This document shows, in pieces, positions 50,201 to 60,828 of a stretch of 64,000 nucleotides of DNA. A program made the translations under genes and the position numbers. This DNA is from Acidimicrobiia bacterium (GTDB taxonomy: Bacteria; Actinomycetota; Acidimicrobiia; Spongiisociales; ZC4RG35), in NCBI GenBank assembly GCA_965203555.1, contig CBDBCY010000004.1, forward strand, positions 608,001 to 672,000, in the 5' to 3' direction. The first letter of the stretch is position 1; every line of letters begins with the position of its first letter. Under the pieces are notes generated by a model that saw only the letters and a list, made by a program, of their open reading frames with translations, made no database searches and was not told the DNA's origin.

Positions 50201-50717
50201 GCGGGCCGCGGCATCCGGGTCGAACACTCCCCGACTCCCGCCCTCTTCGCTGACCAGACCGGACACCAGATGGGAGGCGATCTCTCCGCTCATGCATCCC
50301 GAGGTGGCGATGATTCCCTCCGAGTGTGTCGACAGTAGTTCCCGGTCGGCGCGGGGTTTGTACCAGTAGCCGTCCAGGAAGGCCTTGCTGCTGATCTTGA
50401 TCAGGTTGTGATACCCAACGTCGTTGTAAGCCAGCAGCGTGATGTGATGGCGAACATTTTTTTCCCCGGTGGGACGATCGAACCGTGATCCGGGCGTCAG
50501 GTAGGCCTCCATCCCCAGAATGGGTTTGATTCCCGCCTTCCGCGCCGCCTGGTAGAACTCCACCGCCCCGTACAGAACGCCGTGGTCGGTCATCGCCACC
50601 GCCGGCTGCCGGTTGGCGCTCACTGCCGCCATGATCTCCCCCCACCCGTGAGGCGCCGTCCAACATGGAGTACTCGGTATGCAGATGAAGATGGGCGAAG
50701 CTGCCGTTTCGAGTCAT
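47213..50717 (-). CDS. dnaE: DNA polymerase III alpha subunit (one extra base in the run at 50638-50643)
   Basis: FAHLHLHTEYSMLDGA in one frame, then TDHG, GRGSAAGS, PDIDMDF, KMDFLGL, YGFNKSHS. Confidence 0.95.
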
Positions 50718-51583
50718 CAGCCCAACAAACCTCCACTGGAAAAGATCGCCGCGCCCACCGCCAGTATCCCGACCGCCAGGGCCGAGAGGGTCAGCGCCGT
50801 GCCCCGGTGACCTTGCCGGCGCTGGGCCGACCACAAGAGTCCGATAAGCACCCCGGTGACTATTCCGCCCAGGTGAGCCTGCCAGGCGATATTGGGTATG
50901 AAGAGCGGGAGAGCGAAATTGATCGCCAGCAGTATTCCCAGTTGCGAGAGCACCCTCCTGCCGAAATGGGTGTGCCTCAATCGATAGGCGCCCGCCAACC
51001 ACACTCCGAACAACCCGAAAATGGCGCCTGAAGCTCCGATGGACAGAGAAACGGGATCGGAGAACCAATAGACGAACAGGCTCCCCCCGGCGGCGGAAGA
51101 CAGATACATCCCCAGAAAGGGAAGGGCGCCCGACTCTTTTTCGATCTGGGGACCGAACACGTACAGCGCCCACATGTTGAACAAAATGTGGAACATCGAC
51201 CCGTGGAGCAAAACCGCAGTGACCATCCTCCACCACTGCCCGGCGGCAACTCCCAAACCTATCTCCGGGAATCCTCCCAGCATGGCCAATTCTCTGATCA
51301 GCCGGGACTCCAGTTGGGGAAACAGCCAGGAGAGAAGATAGATCCCCGAAGTCAAAACCAGCAGGGTGGCGGTGGCCGCAGGAATCCCTGCCCGGCGCCT
51401 CACCGTTCGAATATTGCGTTGGGCCTGGCCGATGCAAGCGGGACATTTCTGCCCGACCGCCGCGTCGTATGAACAGGACGTGCAGATGGGACGGTCACAA
51501 CTGCTGCAAGCCAGGCGGGTTGGCCGACCGGGATGCCGGTAGCACGAAGGAACCGATAAGTCGGAGGACAAGACAACACCCAA
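50717..51583 (-). CDS. Rhomboid protease with N-terminal Zn-binding motif
   Basis: CYRHP..C..C, HILFNM, GASG, AHLGG. Confidence 0.93.
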   Translation of the reverse strand: MGVVLSSDLSVPSCYRHPGRPTRLACSSCDRPICTSCSYDAAVGQKCPACIGQAQRNIRTVRRRAGIPAATATLLVLTSGIYLLSWLFPQLESRLIRELAMLGGFPEIGLGVAAGQWWRMVTAVLLHGSMFHILFNMWALYVFGPQIEKESGALPFLGMYLSSAAGGSLFVYWFSDPVSLSIGASGAIFGLFGVWLAGAYRLRHTHFGRRVLSQLGILLAINFALPLFIPNIAWQAHLGGIVTGVLIGLLWSAQRRQGHRGTALTLSALAVGILAVGAAIFSSGGLLG

Positions 51584-51590
51584 AGTAAGG

Positions 51591-52560
51591 CTACCCGCCG
51601 CCCAATCGGCAGTCCATAGCTCGGCGGAGCTCTTCGGGAAGAGGAGAATGGTGATCCATCCGCCGGGAGGAGTCGGCGGGATGCCGGAAGGTCAACTCCG
51701 AGGCGTGCAGCCACATGCGATCCGCCGCCAGAGGATCAGGCCGGCCGCTGTAAAGCCGGTCTCCCACCACGGGGTGGCGGATCGAGGAAAAGTGCACCCT
51801 GATCTGATGGGTTCGACCGGTCTGCAGTTCCACCGCCAGAAAGGACAGGGGTGGATCGTCCCAGTAGTGGATGACCCGATAGCGAGTGAGGGCGTACTGG
51901 CCGCCCGCCAACACTGCTCGCTTACCTCTGCGGCGCGGATCAGGGCCGAGCGGGGCTTCGATCGCACCCCGGGAAGTCTCCATCACCCCGTGCACCAGGG
52001 CGAGGTAGCGGCGTTTGACCTCCCGCCGACGCAACGCGGCGCCCAGTCGGTCGTAGGCCGGCTGCGAAAGGGCGGTGACCAGCAAGCCGGACGTGTCCCG
52101 GTCCAGGCGATGCACAATCCCCCATCTGGCCGGCTGTCCCACTCCTTCGATCTGGGGGGAATCGGTGGAGCAGACCGGCAGCCAGGGTCCCCTGCTGTCC
52201 CGGCGCCACCGAACCGGGATGGGTGATCATCCCCACCGGTTTGACCACCACCGCCACATGCTCGTCCTCATACATCACCTCGAATTCGACCGGTTCAGGG
52301 CGAAGTTTTCGCTCGGGAGGATCGCCCAACCACAGCGAAGATCCCGCCTCCACCCTCTCCGCCGGTTTCAACCGCCCTTTTGCCGAACGGGCCAATCCCC
52401 CGTCGACTAGGCGGCGGGAGACTGAGCGGCTTACCCCCAACAGCGCCGAGACCACCCGATCTGCCCGTTCTCCCCCCAATCCCTCGGGCACCTTCCACTC
52501 CCGGAGCACATCCCTGGCCCGCCCGGGACTCCCAGCTTCAGCGTCAGGATCGGGCGGCAA
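51591..52560 (-). CDS. rluD: RluA/RluD pseudouridine synthase (one extra base in the run at 52154-52159)
   Basis: S4-like N-terminus, KPVGMITHP / GIVHRLDRDTSG, TGRTHQIRVH. Confidence 0.9.
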
Positions 52561-53038
52561 GAGTTTGACGAAAGGCGGACAGCAACACCAGACCCACTCC
52601 CACCGTCAGAGCAGTGTCCGCCATGTTGAACACCGGAAAATTGGGTATCTGAATCCAATCTACAACTTTCCCGTCCAAAAGACCCTCTCCCCTGGTGGCC
52701 CGGTCCACCAGGTTCCCCACCGCGCCTCCCATCACCAGGCCGAGACCGATCACTTCCGATCCGGGACGGGGCTTCCGAAGCGCCCAACCTATCACTCCCA
52801 CCGCTCCGGCGGCGGCAAGACCCAGCCACACCCCGGCGTTTTGAAACATGGAGAATGCCGAACCGGGGTTCTCCACGTAGGTGAACCACAGCACATCCGG
52901 TACTACTTCCAGGCGCTCGGCGTCAAAGCTGTTCTCGGCCCAGCGCTTGCTGATCTGGTCCACCGCCACCACCGTGGCGGCGGCCCCCACCGCCAAACCG
53001 AAGGTGGTGATCAGTTTCGGGCTGCGCACTCTATGCAA
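52544..53038 (-). CDS. lspA: Lipoprotein signal peptidase
   Basis: DQISK, NPGSAFS, GNLVDR, VVDWI, FNMAD. Confidence 0.95.
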   Translation of the reverse strand: MHRVRSPKLITTFGLAVGAAATVVAVDQISKRWAENSFDAERLEVVPDVLWFTYVENPGSAFSMFQNAGVWLGLAAAGAVGVIGWALRKPRPGSEVIGLGLVMGGAVGNLVDRATRGEGLLDGKVVDWIQIPNFPVFNMADTALTVGVGLVLLSAFRQTLAARS

Positions 53039-53382
53039 CTATCGACGTAGGGAAGGTATCGGAGGCGGGCTACGGGAATCGGCCTGCCGCACATGTCGCA
53101 ATCGCCGTAGTCGTTGCGATCCATCTTGGCCAAAGCATAGTTCACCTTTTCCAGCAACAGACTGGCATTGCGCTCCAACGACATCTGGGTCTCGTAGTCG
53201 GTGGCGGCGGCGCCCGCCTCGGCGCTGGCGGGATCGGAACTTCGCTCACCGGCGCCCTCTGACATCCGGGCTTCCTCCATAGCCTGGCTGTAGCCACCTA
53301 TCCGCCCGACGATCCGTACCCGTTCGGCCTCCAGGCGAGCGCGAAGCTGGGAGATCGTCTTCTCATGTAGGACCCGGGCCAT
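53011..53382 (-). CDS. DksA/TraR C4 zinc-finger protein
   Basis: YGDCDMCGRPIPVARL...CIEC. Confidence 0.9.
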   Translation of the reverse strand: MARVLHEKTISQLRARLEAERVRIVGRIGGYSQAMEEARMSEGAGERSSDPASAEAGAAATDYETQMSLERNASLLLEKVNYALAKMDRNDYGDCDMCGRPIPVARLRYLPYVDSCIECAARN

Positions 53383-53413
53383 CAATACTCCTCTCAATGC
53401 CCATTCACCGGCA

Positions 53414-53704
53414 TTAGAGATTATCGTGTCGCGGCGTCAATTCCACCTCTTTTCGACGGGTGGAATGTCCGGCTATCACCCGGGCCGCCATGCCCACCTC
53501 CCGGCTCAACAACCTCTCGACCGCACGGTTGGCCTTTCCCCGTTCGGGTGGAGCATTTACCCGTATCTTCACCGAGTCCCCGTACATCCCACCCACTTCG
53601 GTTCGAGACGCCCGCGGTGACACCCACACCCTCAGCCGGTACCTTCCGTTCACGGAACGGACCGCCGGCGACCAGCTTTCGGGAAAGGTCTGCCGGGTGG
53701 CCAT
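53414..53704 (-). CDS. DUF167 (YggU-like) protein
   Basis: VSPRASR, APPERGKAN, GHSTRRK. Confidence 0.88.
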   Translation of the reverse strand: MATRQTFPESWSPAVRSVNGRYRLRVWVSPRASRTEVGGMYGDSVKIRVNAPPERGKANRAVERLLSREVGMAARVIAGHSTRRKEVELTPRHDNL

Positions 53705-53750
53705 CTCGCAAATGTACCATTCAACTTTTCTACGCCATTTCCACCAGAAC

Positions 53751-56700
53751 ATGTCCACATCCAATTTCACCCGCATTGCCCCAAAAGTGCATTTTCCGGA
53801 ACTGGACGCCGAGGTGTCGGCGGTGTGGGAACGTACCGATGCCTTTGCGGAGTCGATCAGAAGCCGCCCGGCGGACCACGAGTACACCTTCTACGACGGG
53901 CCGCCGTTCACCACCGGTCGCCCTCATTACGGCCACATCCTGGCCGGAGTGATCAAGGACATAGTTCCCAGATACTGGACGATGCGAGGATACCGCATCG
54001 AACGCCGTTTCGGCTGGGACACCCATGGGCTTCCCATCGAGATGGAAGTGCAGGGACAGTTGGGTATCAGCGGTCCCCACCAGATCAACGAGCTGGGAGT
54101 GGACGAATTCAATGAGGCCTGCCGGGCAATGGTGGAGCGCACCACCGAGGAATGGGAAGAGGTCACCGCCCGCATCGGAAGGTGGGTGGACTTTCGCAAC
54201 GACTACAAGACCATGGACCCGGGGTTCATGGAGAGCGTGTGGTGGGTCTTCAGGCAACTTTTGGGACAAGGGGCTGATTTACCGGGACTTCAAGGTATTG
54301 CCCTACTCCTGGGCATGCTCCACGCCTCTTTCCAACTTCGAGTTGAACCTGGGCGGCTACCGGGATGTAGACGACCCTTCCATCACCGTCAAATTGAAAG
54401 TGACAGAAGGGCGCGGCCCCGTGCAGACCGGCGATTACCTACTTGTATGGACCACCACCCCCTGGACGCTGCCGGGGAACCTGGCGGTGGCGGTGGCGCC
54501 GGACCTGCAGTATTCCGCCATCCCCCACAACGGCGAACGTTACTGGGTGGTGGAGGAGTCGGTCGCTTCCCAATGGGATGATCCGCCCGCCCCCGTCGCC
54601 CGGGCCAGCGGCGCAGAGATGGTCGGGAGCCGCTATGAGCCTCCTTTCTCCTATTTTGAGCATCTGGGTTCGGAGGGAGGATTCGCGGTGCTGACATCTG
54701 AGGATGTGACCGCTGAAGAGGGAACCGGCCTGGTCCACATGGCGCCTGCCTACGGTGAGGCTGACTTCGACACATTCGCGGCCAACGGCCTCTCCTTGAT
54801 GGTGGATCCCATCGATGCGGAGGGTCGTTTTACCGAACAGGTGCCGGAGGTGGCGGGACAGAATGTGAAAGACGCCGACCGCATCCTGGTACGCCTCCTG
54901 AAAGAGTCGGGGAAACTGGTGCGCCATGAACGGATAGTGCACTCCTACCCCTTCTGCTACCGCACCGACACTCCACTGATGTACAAGGCCATTCCCACCT
55001 GGTTCGTGCGGGTTGCGCAGCTACGCGAAAGGCTGGTGGAACACAACAAGCTCATCCATTGGGTGCCCGGATACGTGGGAGAGCGGCGATTCGGGAACTG
55101 GTTGGGGGACGCCCGTGACTGGGCTATCAGCAGAAACCGCTACTGGGGATCCTGCATTCCGGTGTGGGAGTGCCAGACCTGCGGGCATCAGCATTGCATA
55201 GGGTCACTGGACGAACTGGAGCAACACTCCGGACAACGGCCCGACGACCTGCATAAACACGTGGTGGATCTGATCACCTTCCCCTGTCCCCACAACGGAT
55301 GCCGGGGCGCAATGCGCCGGGTTCCCGAGGTCCTGGACTGCTGGTTCGAGTCGGGATCCATGCCTTACGGACAGCACCACTATCCCTTTGAGAACCGTGA
55401 GCGATTCGAAAACAATTTCCCGGCCCACTTCATTGCCGAGGGACTCGATCAGACCCGCGGATGGTTCTACACGCTCCATATTCTGGCGGCGGCGCTGTTC
55501 GACCGGCCGGCCTTCTCCAATTGCGTGGTGAACGGGATGATCCTGGCCGCCGACGGACGGAAAATGTCCAAGCGCCTCAAGAACTATCCCGAGCCTCTGG
55601 CGGTACTGGACAAGTTCGGCGCCGATGCCCTGCGCGCCTACCTGATCAACTCCCCGGTGCTCCGAGCCGAGCCTCTTCGGTTCTCGGAAAGGGGCGTCAA
55701 AGAAGTGGTGCGCACCGTACTGCTCCCCCTGTGGAATACCTTTTCCTTCTTCACCACCTACGCCGAGGCGGACGGGATCGGGCTTTCCGACATCGCAGCC
55801 GCACCTCCGCCTGCGCAACGCCCCGCCCTTGACCGTTGGATACTGTCGATGCTCCAGAGCCTGGTCACCGAGGTGCGCCGCCAGATGGACGGTTACTACC
55901 TGTACGAGGTGGTACCCCCCATCCTCGGATTTATCGACCACCTGACCAACTGGTACGTCCGTGGATCGCGACGGCGGTTCTGGAGAAGTCGCGGCGAGGA
56001 CGACGCCGACAAACTGGCCGCTTTCGCCACTCTCTATGAAGTCCTGGTCACCTTCGCAGAGGTCCTGGCGCCGGTGCTGCCGTTCATAACCGAGAAGATC
56101 TACCAGACCCTGGTGGCCTCCTGCGACGATTCGGCAGCATCGAGCATCCATCTTCGCGACTTCCCCGAACCCCGACCCCACCGGATCGACCTCGAGTTGG
56201 AGGAGGGTATGGCCCTGGCCAGAACAGTGGTGAGACTCGCCCACGGGCTGCGCAAACAACACAACCTTCGGGTCCGCCAACCGCTCGGCGCCCTGACCGT
56301 GAATCTGGCCTCGGGGATACGCACCGAACTTCTCAGGATGCTGTCAGAACTGGTCACGAACGAAGTGAACGTCAGAGCCCTGCGGGTGGTAAGTGGAGAG
56401 AAATCGGTCGTGGAGCTTTCCGCCAAGGCAGATTTCCGTCGTCTCGGCCCCCGGTTGGGGTCCCGCACACCGCTGGTGGCCCGCGCCATCCAGGATCTGA
56501 GCAAGGACCAGGTCCAGGGTCTGTTGGACGGCAAGACCATCGAAGTGGCCGGGACCTCAATCACCGGCGACGACGTGGTGATACGTCGGCGGGCGCCGGA
56601 GGGTACCGCCATCGCCGTCGAGGACCACCTCACCGTAACCCTGGACATCAATCTCACCGAGGAATTGAGAACCGAGGGTGTGGCTCGGGAGATCACCGCC

Positions 56701-56943
56701 CGGCTCCAGCAGTTGCGGCGGGAGAGAAAACTGGCGGTGACCGACCGGGTTGCGGTGGCCTGGGAATCGCGCCACCCGGCGGTCATAACCGCCATGCAGG
56801 TTCACGGAAAGATGATCGCGTCGGAAATACTGGCGTCGGAATGGAAGAGGGGGGGCGGCGACACGGACCTGAAGGTGGGAAACTACTTCCTGTCGGTCAG
56901 CATGGCCGTCCTCGCCAAAGGGACCCCTGACGAAGTCGTTTAG
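53751..56943 (+). CDS. ileS: Isoleucyl-tRNA synthetase, type 2 (one extra T in the run at 54259-54262)
   Basis: DGPPF..HYGH, GWDTHGLP / WTTTPWTL, DWAISRNRYWG, EGLDQTRGWF, KMSKR. Confidence 0.96.
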
Positions 56944-56947
56944 TCCT

Positions 56948-57481
56948 CTACAGAAGGCCGCGAATCTGAGAGGCGGCCTTATCCAACTCCTCCATGTGGT
57001 CGTCCATTGCGCCGGGCAGGCCGGTTACGGTCGATTTGACCACTGACATCACTATTCGGTAACGCTCGATCTCAGCCAGCATGAGTTGGGCGGCGCGCTC
57101 CCGTTTCCGGTCCAGTTCCCCCAACGGGATCCGAGGCGCCCCGGGCGTCTGCTCCCTCGGCGAGGACGCCGGGGCAGAGATGCCGGCGGCCTCGTTGCGA
57201 GCCGCGGCCACCAACTGGGATGCACTCTCCTGAGCTTCGTCGATGATCCGCCGCGCCTCGGCTCGGGCCTGCGACAGCGCCCGGGCCGACTCCTGGTTGT
57301 CGGCGGCTGGCGGCTTCCTCTTGATCTCGGCGATGATCCGGTCCCGTTCCGCCAAGAGCTCCTCGTACTCTTTCAGTGAAAGGGCCACTTCATCCAGGAA
57401 TTCATCCACGTCCTCAAGGTGATAGCCTCGCAAAGCAGTACGGAAGAACTTCTCTTGTATGTCGTCGGGAGTGAGGGGCAT
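56948..57481 (-). CDS. divIVA: DivIVA domain protein
   Basis: LTPDDI..F..LRGY...VDEFLD plus coiled coil. Confidence 0.9.
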   Translation of the reverse strand: MPLTPDDIQEKFFRTALRGYHLEDVDEFLDEVALSLKEYEELLAERDRIIAEIKRKPPAADNQESARALSQARAEARRIIDEAQESASQLVAAARNEAAGISAPASSPREQTPGAPRIPLGELDRKRERAAQLMLAEIERYRIVMSVVKSTVTGLPGAMDDHMEELDKAASQIRGLL

Positions 57482-57590
57482 GTTTTTACCGATCTCTAGG
57501 TCAGTGACTCAGGTATGAATTATAAAAGGTCCAACAGTTCGGCCAACGACTTAGCAGACCCATTGCCGCGCCCGATCCTGCCCGAAGGGA

Positions 57591-57845
57591 TCAGCAGATA
57601 ATGCGTTCCAGGAGCATCACTGCTATCAGCAAGGCCACAGGAGAGAGATCAACACCTACCGTTCCTATCCGCACCGGTGGCAAAAAGCTGCGAAACGGCC
57701 TCAACAGCGGGTGCAAAACCCGGTTCAGAATCTCCTTGGCGCTGTGCAGGGGGTGACCTGTCGTGGTAGGGATCCAACTGAGCACCACCCAGATCAATAT
57801 CACCCAGACCACCAAGTCGAGCAACTGGCAGATCAAAAGGGCCAC
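57591..57845 (-). CDS. YggT family membrane protein
   Basis: VLSWIP...PLLRPFR...DLSP. Confidence 0.9.
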   Translation of the reverse strand: MALLICQLLDLVVWVILIWVVLSWIPTTTGHPLHSAKEILNRVLHPLLRPFRSFLPPVRIGTVGVDLSPVALLIAVMLLERIIC

Positions 57846-57871
57846 AATTCAACCCTCCGTTCCCTATTGTC

Positions 57872-58384
57872 TCAAATGCCGGTGGAGGCCGGCCACATTC
57901 CGATCTTGGCCAACCGGGCTTTTTCACTTTGGGAAACGGCTGCGCCGGGAGGCGTCACCAGCACCAATCCGTCACCCACCTGCAATACCTCACCCTGGTT
58001 GTAGCTGGTCAGACCGGCGGCGTAGTAAACCACGCCTTGCGCCATTTCTGTGTCGAGGAACCGAAGATCCAACATCACCGGAACGCCGGCCTTGTACCAA
58101 GAAGTGAGATGCGGACAATCCTGGAAACCATCTACCTGCAGGACCTCCGTCTCCACTTCCAGGGGCGTTGTGGAAAGACGTGGGGGCGACATCCGGGGGC
58201 GATCGGTTCGCAACACCGACGAGACCGTCTGTGTGTCGATGGGTCGATCGGAGATCAGACGCACGTTACCCGAAGTCGGAGCTCGGATCTCGGCTGAAGT
58301 GGAGGTGGGAGGAGGAGTCCAGGCGTCTTCGTCTTCCACCAAACCCAAGAAATCCCAGACCTTTCCCATAATGTTCTTGTTCAT
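57872..58384 (-). CDS. sepF: Cell division protein SepF
   Basis: FLGLVE N-terminus, GVPVMLDL, AAGL, LVTP; conserved dcw position. Confidence 0.85.
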   Translation of the reverse strand: MNKNIMGKVWDFLGLVEDEDAWTPPPTSTSAEIRAPTSGNVRLISDRPIDTQTVSSVLRTDRPRMSPPRLSTTPLEVETEVLQVDGFQDCPHLTSWYKAGVPVMLDLRFLDTEMAQGVVYYAAGLTSYNQGEVLQVGDGLVLVTPPGAAVSQSEKARLAKIGMWPASTGI

Positions 58385-59034
58385 GATCCTTCACCGAATA
58401 TTGCTCGACCCACCCGTACCATGGTAGCCCCCTCCTCGACAGCCACTTGGTAATCTTCCGTCATCCCCATCGACAATTCGGTCATGACGGAATACCGGCT
58501 CCGCAGTCCCTCCGACAATCGACGAAGCCGCCGAAAATAGGGCCGGGCCTCCTCGGGTTTTTCAACCTGGGGCGCCATGGCCATCAGTCCCCGCAAGTCC
58601 ACTCCCTCCTTCAGGAACGTCTCGACCATTTCCTCGACCTGATCGGGCGCCACTCCGTGCTTCTGAGGTTCGCAGCCGATATTCACCTGCGCCAGGGCCG
58701 CAACCGGATCGGGGATGTTTCTGCTCCAATACCTTGCCAATTTCACTCGGTCCATGGAGTGCAGGAGGTGAACCGAGGGGCGGACCAGCCTGACCTTGTT
58801 GGTTTGGAGGGGACCCACGAAGTGCCACCGTATGTCGGCGGGAAGCCGGCCCACTTTCCAGGACAGTTCCTGGGCCCGGTTCTCCCCGAAGTCTCTCACC
58901 CCCTCATCGTAAAGTCTCCTGATTCGTGACACGTCGCGGCCTTTGGTGATGACGATCAGCGTTACTTCCTCGGGCCTTCGGCCTGCCCTGACGGCAGCCT
59001 CGGCCACCTGTTCGGCGACCATGCCGTAGCTCAT
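58381..59034 (-). CDS. yggS: YggS PLP-binding protein
   Basis: VITK, FGENRAQEL, WHFVGPLQTNK, LSMGMTED, VRVGRAIFG. Confidence 0.94.
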   Translation of the reverse strand: MSYGMVAEQVAEAAVRAGRRPEEVTLIVITKGRDVSRIRRLYDEGVRDFGENRAQELSWKVGRLPADIRWHFVGPLQTNKVRLVRPSVHLLHSMDRVKLARYWSRNIPDPVAALAQVNIGCEPQKHGVAPDQVEEMVETFLKEGVDLRGLMAMAPQVEKPEEARPYFRRLRRLSEGLRSRYSVMTELSMGMTEDYQVAVEEGATMVRVGRAIFGEGS

Positions 59035-59654
59035 GGCGCGATCCATCCTATGGCCGCCATTCTCCGGGGAGAAGCATTGCGACGATGCGAGAAACATCCC
59101 GGCTGGTGCAGGGTACAACGGTTCGCCCACCAGGTGGGGAGATCGCCCAATTGTTCGCCCAGCGCCCCTCCCAGGTTGACAGAGGTACGCCCCTGCCGAG
59201 AATGGGAAACCTGCCCGGGAAATCGGGCAGCCACCTCGGGCCCCACTTCGAAGCAGCAGGGTCCGATGAAGGGACCCACTGCCGCCCAGGAGGGGATGAT
59301 TCCCACTGACCGCATCGCCTCCATCAAGGATGTCACCACCCCGTCCACCACCCCCCGCCACCCGGCGTGAGCTGCCCCCACCGCTCCGGGTCCCCCCACC
59401 ACCACGGCCGCGCAGTCGGCCGCCATTACCGCCACAGGCAGACCCACGACCCTGGTGAACAGAGCGTCCGTCTCCGCCGTCACTCCGGCGGCCGTCACCT
59501 CAGCCACCCGGTTCCCATGCACCTGGCGCAGGGTGGCCCACTCCGGGGAGATACCCAACTCAGCGGAGACAACCGCCCTGCTGGATTGCCGGCGCTGGTC
59601 ACCATTGGCCGCCAGCGTGAAGGCTGCTCCGGGCCAGGACGGGGGTTGGATCAC
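59031..59654 (-). CDS. pgeF: PgeF/YfiH laccase-domain protein
   Basis: QVHG, ADC, HAGWRG, GPFIGPCCFEVG, FSHRR. Confidence 0.92.
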   Translation of the reverse strand: MIQPPSWPGAAFTLAANGDQRRQSSRAVVSAELGISPEWATLRQVHGNRVAEVTAAGVTAETDALFTRVVGLPVAVMAADCAAVVVGGPGAVGAAHAGWRGVVDGVVTSLMEAMRSVGIIPSWAAVGPFIGPCCFEVGPEVAARFPGQVSHSRQGRTSVNLGGALGEQLGDLPTWWANRCTLHQPGCFSHRRNASPRRMAAIGWIAP

Positions 59655-60727
59655 TTTCTCCTGGAGGAAGCGCTGGGGATGTCGAATACGATCCCAGAGC
59701 CGGGACTGCTGGAGCTGACGCCTGAAGACCTGGAGTCCGAGAGGGCCGACGCCGCCCTGCGAGCCGCTATGCGATCGAAACCGGCCGCTATCACGGTAAC
59801 TTGCATCTCCTCGCCCAAGGCGTCGTTGATGATGGCCCCAAATATGATGTTGGCTTCGTCGGAGGCCAACTCCGTGATGGTTTCGGCCGCCAGGTACGCC
59901 TCGTGGAGGGTCATTTCCCGTGATCCGGCCACCGACAGCAGTATTCCCGAGGCCCCGTCCATGCTGATCTCCAGCAGGGGACTGGAGATCGCCCGCTTGG
60001 CGGCCTGCAATGCACGGTCCTCGCCCCGCGCTTTCCCCACTCCCAGCACTGCGGAACCGCCGTCGGCCATGACCGTCTTCACATCGGCGAAGTCCACATT
60101 GATCAGACCGGTGGTGTTGATCAGGTTGGTTATTCCGGCCACGCCATCCATCAGCACCTCGTCGGCCAGCCGGAATGTCTCATTGATGGGCGCCGAGGGA
60201 TCGGCGACTTCCAGCAATCGGTCATTGGGAACAACCACCAGGGTGTCCACCTGTTCCCTGAGCTCACTGATCCCCCTCTCGGCAATGGATGACCTTACCC
60301 GACCCTCGAATCCGAACGGCCGGGTGACGATTCCAACCGTCAAAGCCCCCAGATTGCGGGCCACCTCCGCCACCACCGGCGCCGCCCCGGTGCCCGTGCC
60401 CCCGCCTTCACCGCAGGTGACGAACACCATGTCGGCGCCCCGGAGGATGTCCTCCATCTCGTCGCGATGAGCATCAGCCGCTTTGCGACCGACCTCCGGA
60501 TCGGCCCCCGCCCCCAGACCCTTGGTCAACTCTCCTCCGATCTCAAGTTTCACCATTGCGTCGGACGCCATAAGAGACTGGGCATCGGTATTCAATACCA
60601 CAAATTCCACTCCCTGCAAACCCGATTCGATCATGCGGTTAACCGCGTTGACCCCCGCTCCTCCCACCCCGATCACTTTCAAGACTGCCACGTACGCGCT
60701 GGCCGGCTCCCAGATGATGTCCTGCAT
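59651..60727 (-). CDS. ftsZ: Cell division protein FtsZ
   Basis: GVGGAGVNAV, GGGTGTG, PFGFEG, INVDFADV. Confidence 0.97.
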   Translation of the reverse strand: MQDIIWEPASAYVAVLKVIGVGGAGVNAVNRMIESGLQGVEFVVLNTDAQSLMASDAMVKLEIGGELTKGLGAGADPEVGRKAADAHRDEMEDILRGADMVFVTCGEGGGTGTGAAPVVAEVARNLGALTVGIVTRPFGFEGRVRSSIAERGISELREQVDTLVVVPNDRLLEVADPSAPINETFRLADEVLMDGVAGITNLINTTGLINVDFADVKTVMADGGSAVLGVGKARGEDRALQAAKRAISSPLLEISMDGASGILLSVAGSREMTLHEAYLAAETITELASDEANIIFGAIINDALGEEMQVTVIAAGFDRIAARRAASALSDSRSSGVSSSSPGSGIVFDIPSASSRRK

Positions 60728-60761
60728 CAGAATTGCCCCCTTTGGAAGGAATTATTGAGGT

Positions 60762-60828
60762 TCAACTAGAAGGTTGATAGGTAAATCTGGAAAAGTCAAA
60801 TTGGAGAAGTCAATCTCAACTAGAAGGT
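60762..60828. promoter_or_regulatory. Direct repeats in the ftsZ promoter region
   Basis: TCAACTAGAAGGT at 60762-60774 and 60816-60828; AAGTCAA twice between them (TTGACT on the coding strand). Confidence 0.6.

Noticed and set aside
47213-56943. dnaE, rluD and ileS as true pseudogenes
   Set aside because: Each has a single homopolymer indel with otherwise intact motifs, and two of the three are essential
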